This document shows, in pieces, positions 32,173-45,900 of a stretch of DNA of 64,000 nucleotides; the first letter of the stretch is position 1; every line of letters begins with the position of its first letter. This stretch comes from Schizochytrium sp. TIO01 (taxonomy: Eukaryota > Protista > Bigyra: Labyrinthulomycetes). Below the pieces are notes generated by a model, which made no database searches, was not told the origin of the DNA, and worked only from the letters and a program-made list of their open reading frames with translations. Where the stretch lies: the NCBI GenBank assembly GCA_004764695.1, contig SMSO01000005.1, forward strand, positions 248,001 through 312,000. The letters are read 5' to 3'. Both the position numbers and the translations under genes were made by a program.

Positions 32173-35100
32173 TGTAGCGTGCCTCGGTCTACTATCTGCA
32201 AGTTGCGGGTCGATCGAGAATTATTGCAAGCCCTGCTTTTTTGATAGACCTGACACCAAGTGCACCCAAGCCAATGAAGGCACGGGATGCATTCCAGAAC
32301 ATTTAGAACATGCGCAACTCATTTGACTTGTCTTGTCTTGTAACTTCATTAAACTCAAATCAGAAAGCTCGCTCATACGACGTTTTCGTGAGGATAAGCG
32401 GACCTGCACCTTTCAATCTTTATTCTCTTTTCATAGTATGAATTGGTTTTCCAAGCTCATTCCAACATGGATAATGTACCCTGTTTTGCACGAGCACAGT
32501 CAGGAACTATTTTCTATGAAATTTGAAGGTGATCTAGCGCTTGTTCATAGGAGTAATACAGCAATCGTTGATAGTTTCTTAATTTCATTCTTCAGGGATA
32601 AATCCATCAAAAGGAAGGACTATTGATGCAGTACAAGAGAAAAACATGCTTCAATTCACTGTTGAAACGTATTTCTCTTTTTGAAATGCCTTTTTCCATT
32701 TTCTCTCCAACAAAATAGGCGACTCGTTCTGCATCTTCAAGTTCAACTTGTCTAACTGGGTCTTAAATCAAATGACCTGATTAGTATAAATCTGGCTTGA
32801 AGTAAGTCTATGTTAGCTCAAATTATGGGTATACTATTAGAAGTATTCCATAGTTCCCAACCCGGAAATCGACAGGGAGGCTTCAGATTCTAGCCCTTTG
32901 AAGCTCAGTTCCTCAAGGATATGAAGCTCCCGTGACATCGCACGCTAAAATGTATACACCTAGCAATTGACCTGCATGCTAACTTCAAAATAATAATCAT
33001 ATTTCCGTAAATTTGGGAATCCGCTAGTGAACTACTCTTTTTATGTTTGTGAATAGTCATTACGGAGGAGAAGTGAACAACTTAGGCATGTAATTGTCTG
33101 TCACGTGCGCCAAAATAAACTTGTTAAATGCTAAAATATATTCTGATCATGAACCCTGAACATCTTACAGCAGTATAGGCTTACCAAGAGATCTCACGGT
33201 CCAAAACTTTGCCAAAAGACAGCCAAATATGAGGTTGGAACATGGAAAATCCCAATCGGCTATAGATCATATCGTAGAGTGCTGGTGTAAATGTGTTTCA
33301 AGGGTGCATATTTAGATATCTTTTTTTAATACTTGCTATCAAGTGGACGGCATTCAGATTCGGAGAAAATAGAGAGAGTATTTCTTCAAACCATTCCGGC
33401 CTGGCTTTGTGCGAATACGACCATTCTCCGATAGCTCCGAAAAAAATAAGATTCTGAAGATCAGAGTCGCCCTCGATTAAATGTCAAATAGGCTTCTTGT
33501 CGCAAAGCCATGCCAGGGCTTGCAAACCAGGTCATGGTGGTGCCGTTAGTACCCTACCTTAGATTAGATATGATATCAAAAGTCCAGATTAGCACTCTCC
33601 GATTACTTGAGAAGTTAACGCATTAAAGAGAAGAAGAGACTGCGCTGTGTTTGTTTAAATGCATTTTAGGTCTAAACAACTAGAACTCGTCTTGTCCATT
33701 ATTATTTCATTTATTAATATTTTCCAGTCGTAAATTCAACGTATGTACAGGTGGTACCCAAAAGAAGAAGTTTATAACAACCATGAAGGACAAAAATCAT
33801 AATTATCATAATTGTGTTGAGCAACGATTTGATGCATTCCTGTAGTATGATAGTCTAAGTTCAATGAAAAAGGCAATGAATCCCTACTTTGAAGATTCGT
33901 ATCATATTTCAATTTTAGAGTCATACTCTATGACACGAAGTGGCTGTTCAGGCGCTCCATCGCTAACATAATTGTTACGGTACTGTTGAGCATTTGCAAT
34001 CAAAAGTTATTTAATTTATATTATAGCGAATCGAGTTGGTCTTACAAATGCATTTTTGTACTATAGCATGGTGGCGAGGTGAATCACCATGCAACTTTTG
34101 AAGAAAATCATTCTCTGAGCGTAGGGATCAGCCACTCTCCTAGAAGATTGCAGCTTCGGTCTTTGGAGGTCGATCTCAAGTGCTGTACCACTGTGAATGA
34201 AAGTGTACGTCAGGTCTTTAAAGCTTTCCCTGTTGCTTTGGCAAAACCATACCAAATTTTAATGGGCACTAACGAAAGTATTCCTTTGTTTTCCCTATTG
34301 ATCAACTTGAATCAAGTGCAAACCAGTAACCGCTTGTTCGTGGGAGATATGAAGCACGCCTCAAGGCTACTCTCTGTTTCGCTTCAGTCAATTTATAAGT
34401 ATGATGATCGGTTGCTTTCTGGTTTCAATTATAACAATGATTGAGTCCCGTGTTTTCCAACGCAGATTTGATAAAGCGTACTATGTAACCTAATTATGGT
34501 TGACTTCAGCCATGCCACGCATAGCCTGATATTCGTTAAGGTGCTTCATTCTACTCTGTAGAAACAACATTTCATTTGTTTTCTTCTCTTTTCTATCTTT
34601 ATTATTTTTGTATCTGTTGTCAATATTATAAGCATCTTCGTCGGAGGAAGTTCTGAGTCTATGAAATGACTAGCACAATCCAAATAGTTTGGGAACTCGT
34701 TCTGAATCAGCTTGCTCTCAGCCCTTTCTCGTTCCGACTGTTTAAACATGAGAATTGTTTGTAGACAGCCATGTATTTTCTTTCTTTCTAACTTTCTCGC
34801 ATCATCTTTGAATTAAAAAAATAAAAGTTATTATTATTATTTATAAAAATGATATGAGGTAGAATCTCTCAGCGGTCGGCTAATAGCTGAATGGAGTTTA
34901 CTCAGACAGTGACAAGTAGTATCTTGAACTCTTCTGCAATTTAGGATGCCAAGAAGAATATTTGGCCTACGTACAGTAACTTTTCATAAAGAAATCTCCG
35001 ACGAAAGACGAATTCTATAGTCTTGGAAGAAGTTGGAAACCTGGGTCTATAAGTTGCTCTTCTTTCCAGGTTCTTCTTCCCAGCTTGTAACTGGATTCAG

Positions 35101-36180
35101 CCAAAGCATTCGCATCATAGGTCGGCCTTCAAATTATCTCGAAAGGAGTAGTGTGGACGTAGTGTAAGAGTTATGGTTGCTCGCTCTATTAATACAGATA
35201 CAAAGAGAAGGAAAAGAAACACATGGCTTTTATGAATGTACTCGATAATTTCTGTAGATTACGCCGTGGATAGTACTTGCCATACGTCTGACTCCTCGAG
35301 TCCCAGAGTAGACAGGTGTCTTAATTCTTGTGTCTGTGCGTGATAGAAATCCCAAATATAATCGCAAGGGCTCAATGATTCGCAAGGAATGTGGCTTTCT
35401 TGCGACTGACAGGTGCACAGGAGGGAGTAGAATAAACAAAACATTGATTAAACGGGATTAAGTGTAGTAAATAGGAGGGCACGCACTGACAGGGTTGTAC
35501 CGACTGTTGGATCACATTCGAAAAGGAGCATAGCGCTGGTAGAAAAGCGCTCCTGGGGTGTGAGACTTACAAGACCATACAAGGTTGGTGACCTTCGAGG
35601 CTAGGATAGCAAACGTGTAGGAAATTATAGCATCACAGTAGTTTCTGTCGGTTCTGAACACATATTCGGTACCTATTGACTTTTTAAGACTTGGCTTAGC
35701 GCGTAATAGGCCAGGTAAGCGTCATTGAAAGCAATTTGGTAGCGAGAAATGCAGAAATCAAAATGTTGTGCTCAGTTTCTGAAGACTTTCGCCTAGTTTC
35801 GAGCTAGGAAACCATCAAGAAATTTCATTTACATATTCTTTTGTTGACTATGCGAATCTCTACTAAATTCTTGACAGCTCTGGTGAAAAAAGTAAATAAT
35901 CGAACAAATGTATTCGACAGAAAAGATGCTTTGCTGAGCATAATAAGCCTCACTGAAGCTTGTCCTACAAATCTCCACTTCTGACTTTTTGTCAAAGGGA
36001 CGCTTTATGCTTCACTGCGAAAGTAGCAAGCTACATCACAAGCAGCGCCTTTTTCTTTTATTTCATTCTACAAAAAACAAAATCTCCTCCACAATTTTGA
36101 GACAAGCAAAACCCTTTCACCAAATTACGCCTCGCGAAAGACATCTCGACTTAAATCTTCGACGCCAAGTATCCAGTATC

Positions 36181-37944
36181 ATGCTGCACGAAGAAACAAG
36201 GGAAGAGAATGATGGAGCCCCTGAGAGCTTTGATCATTATAACTTCACTGAAGAAGTGAACAAGACGACTCATGGCGACATGATAGGTCCTGCGGATGAT
36301 GACAGTGGTGAATACAACGACTTGCCTGAGCTACATCGCTTACAACGGAATCTTAATGCATACACTGTTATGCTTCTATTAGTTGCGGTCTGCGGTGGTC
36401 TTATTTTTGGCCTTGACATTGGCACAGCTGCGTCAACATCTCTTTCATCATTCCGCGAAGCAATGGGGATTCCTGTGCTCAGGTCTGGTGATAAAGACTC
36501 TGATGCTACAACAGCGAAGATCAATCAATTTACTTATGTTTTCCACGCCACTTGCCTGGTAGGAGCTCCTTTTGCTGGATTTATCTCTGACCGCATCGGG
36601 CGTAAACCAGTGATTTGCATTGCAGCGACAATCTTCATGCTGGGATCGCTCTGGCAATCTCTTGCTGGTCTTATCTCAACTGATTTCGCCTGGAAGTCAA
36701 TCATCATTGGTCGCGCAGTTGGCGGGATTGGTCTTGGTTTTATGTTAACTATGGCACCAGTATATACGGCAGAACTCATGCCCTCCAGATGGCGTGGCAA
36801 AGCTATCACTCTATTCCAGTTTTCCTGCACACTAGGAATCTTTATCATGGCTATATTCAACAACTTCATGACGGCTTCATGGGGCTGGCGGCTTGGAATT
36901 GCACTACAAATAATTCCTTGCATCGTTGTTATCTTCTTCACTATTACTCTTTTTCCAGAGAGCCCGCGGTATTTGATCAAAGTTCATAAACATGATGAGG
37001 CGGAAAGTGCCCTTCGGTTACTTGCCAAGGGAACTCCAAATGCTGACATGGTTGTGGCTTCCGAGCTTCAACAGATAGAGGACGAAGTAGCCATCGAAGA
37101 AGAAGTTGGAAAGGGTTCTTTCTTGGAGCTGTTTCAAGGAGAAAACCTGGTCTCTGTCATGTGTGCTGCAGGCGTGGCATTCTGCCAAAATGTTACAGGT
37201 GTGAACTGGTTCATCAACTACGCAACAACTCTCTTTAACTCCCTCGGATTTGATGCATTTACCTACGATCTCATTCTCAAGGCATTTAATATGGGATTTA
37301 CAATCGTCGCAATTCCTCTCATTGATAATGTAGGTCGCAAGCCAATGACAGTGTGGGGTACAACTTTTGCAATTATTGCCTTCCTACTTATTGCTGTGGT
37401 CATTCAAGCATCGGGGGTAGATGTGAACACAGACGATGGAGATCACAAGACGCATGCCGTGCAAATTTTTTCGGTCTGCATGATTTATATCTTCCAGGCA
37501 GTATATGCTGTTACATGGGGTCCACTTGGTTGGGTTCTACCCGCTGAATCTTTTTCCCTGCGCATTCGTGGCGTAGGTATGGCGTTTTGTGTTTCTATGA
37601 ACTTTTTCACAAATATCTTGCTTGGTGATGTTGGTTATGATCGCATTTATAGCGCGACTAATTTGCAAATTGCTTGCTTCATATTGGTGGTTTTGAATGT
37701 TTGCATCGCATACCCAGTTGTCACTTTATTCCAGCCAGAGACAAAGGGCCTCGCCTTAGAGGATTTACGCAAGGTGTTTGCTTACGAGCACGGAGGTAAT
37801 GATACGAGAGGGTTTGGAACGATTAGGCAATTCATTGCTCGCAATTTCAAGCAGACCTGCCAAGTATATTCCTTTCAAAAGGTCGATGCAACTATTGGTT
37901 TCGAACGCGTCAAGACTAAGTCTAAATCGCAAGGTGCGGTTTAG
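36181..37944 (+). CDS. MFS sugar porter (hexose transporter family), paralogue 1
   Basis: GGLIFGLDIG, SDRIGRK, PVYTAE, RGKAITLFQ, PESPRYL, IDNVGRK, WGPLGWVLPAE, PETKG. First plausible ATG is 36181; the ORF-track start at 35989 is a TTG. Confidence 0.93.
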   Translation: MLHEETREENDGAPESFDHYNFTEEVNKTTHGDMIGPADDDSGEYNDLPELHRLQRNLNAYTVMLLLVAVCGGLIFGLDIGTAASTSLSSFREAMGIPVLRSGDKDSDATTAKINQFTYVFHATCLVGAPFAGFISDRIGRKPVICIAATIFMLGSLWQSLAGLISTDFAWKSIIIGRAVGGIGLGFMLTMAPVYTAELMPSRWRGKAITLFQFSCTLGIFIMAIFNNFMTASWGWRLGIALQIIPCIVVIFFTITLFPESPRYLIKVHKHDEAESALRLLAKGTPNADMVVASELQQIEDEVAIEEEVGKGSFLELFQGENLVSVMCAAGVAFCQNVTGVNWFINYATTLFNSLGFDAFTYDLILKAFNMGFTIVAIPLIDNVGRKPMTVWGTTFAIIAFLLIAVVIQASGVDVNTDDGDHKTHAVQIFSVCMIYIFQAVYAVTWGPLGWVLPAESFSLRIRGVGMAFCVSMNFFTNILLGDVGYDRIYSATNLQIACFILVVLNVCIAYPVVTLFQPETKGLALEDLRKVFAYEHGGNDTRGFGTIRQFIARNFKQTCQVYSFQKVDATIGFERVKTKSKSQGAV

Positions 37945-40900
37945 AATAGCAAGGAGCGCAAATGAGATCATTGCAAAGTATTTACTCAGAACTTAAGTTC
38001 ATACGTTGTCAGACCGGCAGCCCAAAGCGTATCGCGTCTCAACCTTCAATAAATTATTTTCTATTTGTGAAGCTTTCGCACCTTGAGTTCTTCTTCTTGT
38101 AGAGACGAATGGCATAACTAGCTGCAGAAAGACATGTCAATTCGAAAAAGCTAAGATAGAAAAGATTCACTGCAGAACATTAGATGTGCCGCCTTAAACT
38201 CATAAGTTAAAATTCACCGGTCTTCTCTAACACATACATCACCAGAGATGGTCTGCTCTACGAAGCAATCAAAGCCTTTAATGTCCCAGCTTCACGGGTA
38301 TATGGTGATTTCCATATATTAACAGACACTGGCGCATTTTTCTTCTTCAATTTCTTTTTTTTCTCCCAAAAGAACAAAGTCAATCGTTGGTCGTATCCCG
38401 AATCTCGACTGCATCACTATGCAAATCATTCAACTTAGTAAGCCATATGTTCTACCTCGTCATGCGTTTGGCACTAGCTACCGTTGGTGCTTCCGAAGAT
38501 GTCTGTAGGACACCTTGCATGATCGATCTCTTAACATAGTTATCGTAGGTAACAATCAGCTTGAATACCTACTCTTCGGCTTGGTTCCAGAATCCACCTC
38601 CAACTTCGTTTCAGTGCACACCCGGATTATCACTAAGGGGTCCTCATATCACGCCAGATCGCAATTCTTGCGAGCGTTTGCGTAGCGATCCAAGATAAGT
38701 ATATACCTACCGCCTACCATCTCCGACCGAGTGTCATAGACTCCCAATGGATTTCGAGCCTGTATTTCTCCAAGACTTTGTGCTTTTGGGTCGGGCACAT
38801 GTCCTCGTTTCACCCTCGGGAAAGCAAGCACCTTGAAACTAGCTAGCTCGATTTTGAACAGTTGGCATCTCTACCCCTTGAGCAGTTTCCTCGACAAGAC
38901 CGTTTTCGCCAGCGGGGATTCGCCGCGAGCTGGCGGAAGTCGACAAACGAGGTTCGCAGGACTCGCGGAGACCCGCGGCTTTGCCGGCTTAGTCTTGCCG
39001 TCCCTCTCTCGAGTCGCGATTTAGCTCGCCCTCATTCCGGCATGGCAGATGTGCCGTCGAACCCTTGTTCCGGCCACGCGGCCTCGGAACGAACCCTACT
39101 TTCCAAGTACTTCTTGCCGCGATCGAGCCCGGTAGCGCCGTGCTCGCGCCCGCAAGCTCGCCCGCGAGGACGGAATTCCTCGTGACTGCCTCTGCTGGAA
39201 TGCTTTGAGATCTTTTGCTTCTGCTGTTGAGGACAAATCATCCTAAATTGGTCCATCATCGTTATCTATCATGATGTGTGGCATTTCTGAGATTGTATTC
39301 AAGTTGAGACGATAGCTCTGTTGAAGCCACCAGCGAAGCCCCGGCTTGGCTTCCTTTTGGCTCGGTCTTGAGGGTGTGATACTGCCGCCGGGCAAATCTA
39401 GGATTCCTTGCGATCTATCGGCTGCAAGTTGGATGCGATGCAGCGTCGGGTGCGAAGTCTGATCGACTGTTCTAAGAAGTGGTGTTAGTCGTGCTAGCTC
39501 ATGCTGATGGTGGATCCAATTCTGTTTTTGGGGAGGGTCGTACACAAGGACGAATTGGAACGGTTTGCTCAGGTCTGGCGAAAAGCGCTTAGAGATTATC
39601 ATCGTGATGCGATAGATTGTGTCGACCATGCCGCGCTTGAAAAAAAAAAAAACTTATCCGAGAAAGCGATGAAGGATGAAAATCCTCTTTCGATTCGCAC
39701 ACATGCACTTCATTGCCTCCTTAGATCATATGCGCTCGATGGGCCGCAACTATGTGCTATTAATCACACTGTATATGCGGGTGTAACAATGTTAGCCACG
39801 AGCGGAGCATTTGGGAGAAGCCTTCTACTTGAGAGACATGGCCAGTGTCGATAGCTTTGGTCACTGCTCGTAAGTTTCTTGGCTGCTAAACACTTAGAAC
39901 AGGAGAAATAAAATTCCCTGCTACAGAGAGTGAGAGTTTATTGGCGTCGTCGCAATTCAGTACAGGGTCCTAGGCTTCCAAAATCCACTGGGTGTGGAAC
40001 AGGTTCGGTTAGAGAAGACCTGAACTAATTCTGTCCCCTGAGACTATCATGATATACTGCTACCACTACACTTACGAATATTTCAAGTTGAGGAGACAGA
40101 ATGATGAAGATACAATGATTGCTATGGAACTCACAGATGTCTTCTCTAGGCCTCTGGCTGGGAAGTACAGCAAATCGAGTTGGTAGGCTAGAGCCTGGAG
40201 ACCAAGGATTTGGACTACTGAAAGCTATGAGGGTACGAATTAGGCTCCAATTTTAGACCGTTTTTTTAAAAAAAGGACACTATGTTCATGGTCGTCCAGA
40301 CCATTTTACAGATAGCTATCGCACAAAATTGGTTTTAGATTTTGCGATTATGAATTTCTTAGCAGCGTCCTCTTCGAATTGACAAATTTTAAACATAGAA
40401 AGACAACTGCACGACGGAGAGTTACACAGGATCGATGCAGAGGGGAATAGAAGCCATCAATCTAATTTCCGTATTAAGGTAGGAGAGCGTTTTATCGATT
40501 TACTCTCCAACTTCCAAATTTGACTGCCAGCAGCGCAAGACTGTTGAGAACTATAAGTTGAATTGAACCTTGGTTACTATGCCGACCTGATGTATATAAT
40601 TACAAACACAGCTGCCGTTGGGAATCTGAAGTTAAGTATCGATTTAAATTGATTTTTAACTTTGAGTTTAATTAACGAGAATTGCTAAGAAATGGATGTT
40701 GAACAGTGGAGCGTGGCAGTCACGCGAACAGATGCATAGCAGTTTCTGCACCGCAAAGATATGCTTCCGCTCCGACGAATGTCCGAAACAAATCGATTGC
40801 TACAGTGTTCCTGAGTACAGGATACTTTGCAAGTGCCGAAGAGTCTCCGAAGGCACTCGCTGAAACACAGCATATTTGCTATTGGTTTGAGCCGGTCATC

Positions 40901-41225
40901 TAACTGGGCATAGTGACCAAATGGCCCATCTTTCACTTCAACGATTTCTTTGGAGGATAGAACAGTAACGCTGTTATTTAATCGTATTATTGGCGTATAT
41001 TCTGTGAAATATGTCAACATCTTGCCATCATAGAAATATGTAGAATCAAATAAGACTGACTATATTCTCATTTTGTGCATTTGGAGGCCAAGCAAAACCA
41101 AAACTTCTGGTTTGAGATTTTGTGAGTCAGATTCTAAGCAAGTATTTAAGCAAAGGTATTTAAACCAGTTATTTTAAAGAGAAAACGACTCAGAGGAGCT
41201 TACTTGCATCGGGACAAAGTACGAA

Positions 41226-42992
41226 ATGAGTGTCAACGATAACGAAGACGTGCCCGCCATTGAAAGCTTTGATCATGACACCCTTAGCCAGGAAGTTTCG
41301 CGAGCTAAGCGCGATGACATGATTAGTCCTGCAGAGAGTGCTGAAAGCAGAGATATCGTCCAAGAGAAGGAAAAGGTACTCCATCGTCCTAAGCGCAATC
41401 TAAACTCCTTTACACTTTTGCTTCTCCTCGTGGCTGTCTTTGGAGGTCTTATTTTTGGCCTTGATATTGGTACGGCAGCAACAACTTCAATGACAGCTTT
41501 CCGCGAAGATATGGGAATTCCTGTTCTGCAAACAGGTCAAAAGGATGCAAGCTCGACGACTGCACAAATTAACCAGTTTACTTACGTCTTCCATGCAACC
41601 TGTCTAGTTGGTGCTCCTTTTGCTGGTTTCATTTCGGATCGCGTTGGTCGTAAGCCTGTGATTTGCATCGCTGCAACTATCTTCATGCTAGGCTCTCTTT
41701 GGCAATCACTTGCTGGATTGATTTCGACTGGTTTCGCATGGAAGTCAATCATTATTGGACGAGCAATCGGTGGTATTGGGCTAGGTTTCAACCTGACGAT
41801 GGCCCCGGTTTATACAGCTGAGCTGATTCCTGCTCAATGGCGTGGCCAGGCGATCACACTCTTCCAACTGTCAATTACAACTGGTATTTTTGTCATGGCT
41901 ATCTACAATAATTTCATTGGGCCGTCTTGGGGTTGGCGACTTGGAATTGCGTTGCAAATTATTCCATGCCTCCTGATGATTTTCTTTACAGTCACAATGT
42001 TCCCAGAGAGCCCCCGATACCTGATTAAAGTGAAAAAATTCGATGAGGCTGAAGCTGCTCTTCGTCTTCTCGCCAGGGGAACCCCCGATTCGGAGAACGT
42101 CGTTGCGTTTGAGATGCAGCAAATTAAGGAAGAGGTTGCTGCTGAGGAGGAAGCAGGCACTGGTACAATCTTTGAGCTTTTTCAAGGCGAGAACCTGGTG
42201 TCGGTGATGTGCGCTGGTGGAATTGCTTTTTGTCAGAATGTAACAGGTGTCAACTGGTTTATCAACTATGCAACAACCCTTTTCAACTCTCTTGGGTTTG
42301 ATGCGTTTACTTATGATCTCATTCTCAAAGCGTTCAACATGGGATTTACCCTAGCTGCTGTTCCCCTCATTGATAATGTAGGTCGCAAGCCAATGACTGT
42401 TTGGGGCACAACATTTGTGGTGATTGCCTTCCTGTTGATTGCTGTTGTAATCCAGGTTTCAGGCGTTGATGTTAACACAGCCGATGGTGATCACAAGACC
42501 CATGCTGTGCAAATATTTTCTGTGGTGATGATTTATATCTTTCAGGCAGTATATGCCACGACGTGGGGCCCGCTTGGCTGGATTATTCCTGCTGAGTCTT
42601 TTTCGTTGCGAGTGCGTGGTGTTGGAATGTCATTCTGCGTATCAATGAACTTTTTGACGAACATTCTGCTCGGTGATGTGGGTTATGACCGGATCTACAG
42701 TGCAACCAATTTGCAGATTGCTTGCTTTGTCCTAGTTGTTTTAAACGTATGCTTTGCATACCCAGTTGCGACTCTCTTCCAGCCTGAAACTAGAGGTCTT
42801 GGTCTCGAAGATTTGCGCAAGGTTTTTGCATACGAAAAAGGAGGAAACGAGGAACGCGGCTTTGGAACAATTCGGCAGTACATTGCGCGCAACTTTAAGC
42901 AAACCCGGCAAGTATACTCTTGTAGGACGGCTGATACAACTATCGGCTTTGAACGCCTACGCAAGAGAAACCCTCGGGCTTTTGACGTGTAA
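41226..42992 (+). CDS. MFS sugar porter, paralogue 2
   Basis: Same sugar-porter signature motifs; 588 aa, intronless. Confidence 0.95.
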   Translation: MSVNDNEDVPAIESFDHDTLSQEVSRAKRDDMISPAESAESRDIVQEKEKVLHRPKRNLNSFTLLLLLVAVFGGLIFGLDIGTAATTSMTAFREDMGIPVLQTGQKDASSTTAQINQFTYVFHATCLVGAPFAGFISDRVGRKPVICIAATIFMLGSLWQSLAGLISTGFAWKSIIIGRAIGGIGLGFNLTMAPVYTAELIPAQWRGQAITLFQLSITTGIFVMAIYNNFIGPSWGWRLGIALQIIPCLLMIFFTVTMFPESPRYLIKVKKFDEAEAALRLLARGTPDSENVVAFEMQQIKEEVAAEEEAGTGTIFELFQGENLVSVMCAGGIAFCQNVTGVNWFINYATTLFNSLGFDAFTYDLILKAFNMGFTLAAVPLIDNVGRKPMTVWGTTFVVIAFLLIAVVIQVSGVDVNTADGDHKTHAVQIFSVVMIYIFQAVYATTWGPLGWIIPAESFSLRVRGVGMSFCVSMNFLTNILLGDVGYDRIYSATNLQIACFVLVVLNVCFAYPVATLFQPETRGLGLEDLRKVFAYEKGGNEERGFGTIRQYIARNFKQTRQVYSCRTADTTIGFERLRKRNPRAFDV

Positions 42993-45900
42993 GACCGTGG
43001 AATACACCTGGTTCCTTTCCCTGCTATTTGCTATTATTTATTGTAAATCAGCCCATTTCGCTCCATTCAAGGTTCATCGTCGGAACGTCACGTAGCGTTT
43101 TAAACTCGCCGCATCCTCGTAGATAAACCTCTTGTTTTTCGTTTATATTTAAAAAGAGTTTATATAAGTTTTCCATCTGAGTTTTTTTACCATCTTAAAA
43201 CTACGTTTTAAAAGTGATGACCGAGGTCATAGAATATTTGTCGCATTTGCTTTGACTTGAACCTTTATTCAGGTAAAAGAATTCCTACTCATTGCTTCTA
43301 ACTAGTGTAGGTGAAGCACGAATACACATTTATGACAATACGCGATTGTTCAGAACTTTCCTTGCTAAGCTCTTCGCTCTCTATTGCAATCCAAAGTCAA
43401 TGAACTTTACATCTACCTAAGGTTTAGAATTATTTTGTTATGAACTCCTTGAGTGTTATCTTCGTTATATGATTCAACTTGGTTAAGATTGCCTCAATAT
43501 AACATGCTACCTAGGAAACCAATGGATTGATCTACTTATACTACTGTAAACAACATACTTTGGCAAAAATGTGTGAGACTTTAACTTCTATACAGCATCG
43601 CTAATTCTTAGTTTTCTTGAAACTTGATGAGCGAAATGCAAACGTAAGGATACAGACGTTAGTGAGTACATCATTATGCACGGCCCCAACTCCCTTCATA
43701 AAATCTGCTGAATGCTCTTGTGAATGCTTCTTTGAAAGCCTTCATTCTTACGAAGTCAGTAATAGTATGGACAAGACAATAGTAGAATTTTTGGCATACT
43801 TTATAGTTCCTAATGTGCTTGAAACTATTTACCGGCCAAGGAGCTCAAAAGCCGAAGACACTTTTATGTTTCAGTTAATTTGTGATGTGAAAGTCTAAAT
43901 TAAGCGTCGAGTACATGAGATATCCTAACTCCTTCAGTTATGCGAATCACAGATCAATTCTTTCTCAATGTAAATCAGCCCATACTGGTATTCATTTCCA
44001 GGGTCAGCAGATTGTTAGTTCTATATGCTTAAGTATACAGTTGCTGGAAGGAGAATTTGGTCAGCTACAGATTTTCTATCAAGATAAAAGCATTAATAAC
44101 GGCTTAAGATGGCTTCTTTAAGTTTGACTTTTAAGAGTTGGTTATCTGCTGTCCTTGAAACTGAATTCCAAGGCAGACTGATTCACGCAATATTTATTAG
44201 ATTAAGACATACTTGTACTAGATTTAACTGATGAGGTCAGGGGAGTTTGTCTCTTCAATCACCAATTTTGATCCCACCATACTTGATTCTAGCGAATGCA
44301 TAAGTCTACTTTTAGTGCATGGGTTCCCAAGCCGTAAGCCTGATTGTCTAGTTCTGTTCCTGTGTAAGTCGTAAATTCTTGAGGTCATACAAGGAGACGC
44401 CTAGAGCTTTGGCAATGTCTTGTCTACCAATCCCTTCGACTGGACAGCTCAGCAACAATGCCTTCTGGAGTTTTTATCTTGCTTTGAACCCCCCCTTGGC
44501 CGTCCTGGGATTGTCTCTCGGCAGCATCGATAGACGAATAAAAATGCTTACCATTTCCTATCCAACTATATTGGTTCTCAGCATTGCTCTTGAACGGTCG
44601 AACCATATACCAGACATGAATAAATCTGATAGTAGCGAATACCACTTCTTCATGACAGACTGAAGTTCCGGTTTCTTCATTTACAAAAAGTTGCGAATAT
44701 CAAGTAAGTGAAGGCACACTCTCGACAAGACAACATGTCATGGTCCCAATCAGTTAGAATGGAAGCACGACTAACCGCCTTTTCTATGAGTAGCGACCTA
44801 ATTTTATAACAGCAGAAATTATTAACAAGATACGTGCGAATCCATTCATGGTATAGAGCTTGAATCTAATTTGTGCCAGATTCTATGCGTAAAACCTCCT
44901 TCACGGTATAAACCTCAAACCTATTTCGACCTTGAATCTTTGATTGACGCTTGCTGAGAATTTAGAGCGACATTTCCCGTGGGGCGTGCAAATTGCAACA
45001 CAAATCTTCGAGTGCTCTGAGGCGACAATTTTGAGAAATTAATCACAATCTTTGATTTTAGAGCTGCGCTTTCCACTTCACTAAAGCGACTGGTCTATAT
45101 CCTATACAATGCACTTGCATGATTGTATTACTGAGGTTGATCAAATTCTGTAGCATAAGTAGTACTTTATGCTTTGCGGAAATATCCCAATACCCATGGT
45201 AATGATCATGTATAAGCTTATTGTATGCAGGGACCCCTATGTTACAGAATTCGAATTTCGGGTGCTAGTGTTATCGATAATCAATTCTATTCTAATTTAC
45301 ACTATGCTAGATATCTACGAGTTTCTTTTGCTTGCCTAGCTAGTACAATAGAAAGAAGAGCTTCTATAGCGCTAATTCTAGTACTTCAAATTTCAGCTAA
45401 ACAGCGAATTGCGTGAAAAGAACGTAAGTTAGACTTGGAGTGAGTAGGTTCTAATCATTCCCTCGCTCACGCATGATGGATAAATAATGGCTCAATTTGA
45501 CTTTGTATTGAACCGTAGCGAGCTCTCCAGGTTGCCCCAAATAAGTACTAATGACCTTCAGTTGCTGCAAGTTGCATACGTCTGCTCCAATCTGCCATGA
45601 ATCATGGTGATAGAATCAGCCGCGCCAAATCCACTCTTCTAAATTTACATACAAACAAGCACCCCCTTGGGTGTGTGCAAAAAGTAAAGGTAAAAATGAG
45701 AAGCCACAGCCATTGTAGAATGAATTGAACTTGAAAGGCTTTCGAAGCTTGGTCGACGAAGGCTACGCCTGTCTGGATCCCGCCTGCCGGGTGCTGAAAG
45801 CTCTCCTCCAAACTTCCGTGCATTCCCGCCAGCTCTACGCCTCTACGGGTTTCATGAGGGTTTATTGCTTTGCTCGTACTGAGCTGAGCTTTAGCAAAAC

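Noticed and set aside
38650-39854. GC-rich stretch with short ORFs, possible decayed transposon or gene
   Set aside because: No recognisable transposase/RT motif or terminal repeats; cannot be supported without a search.
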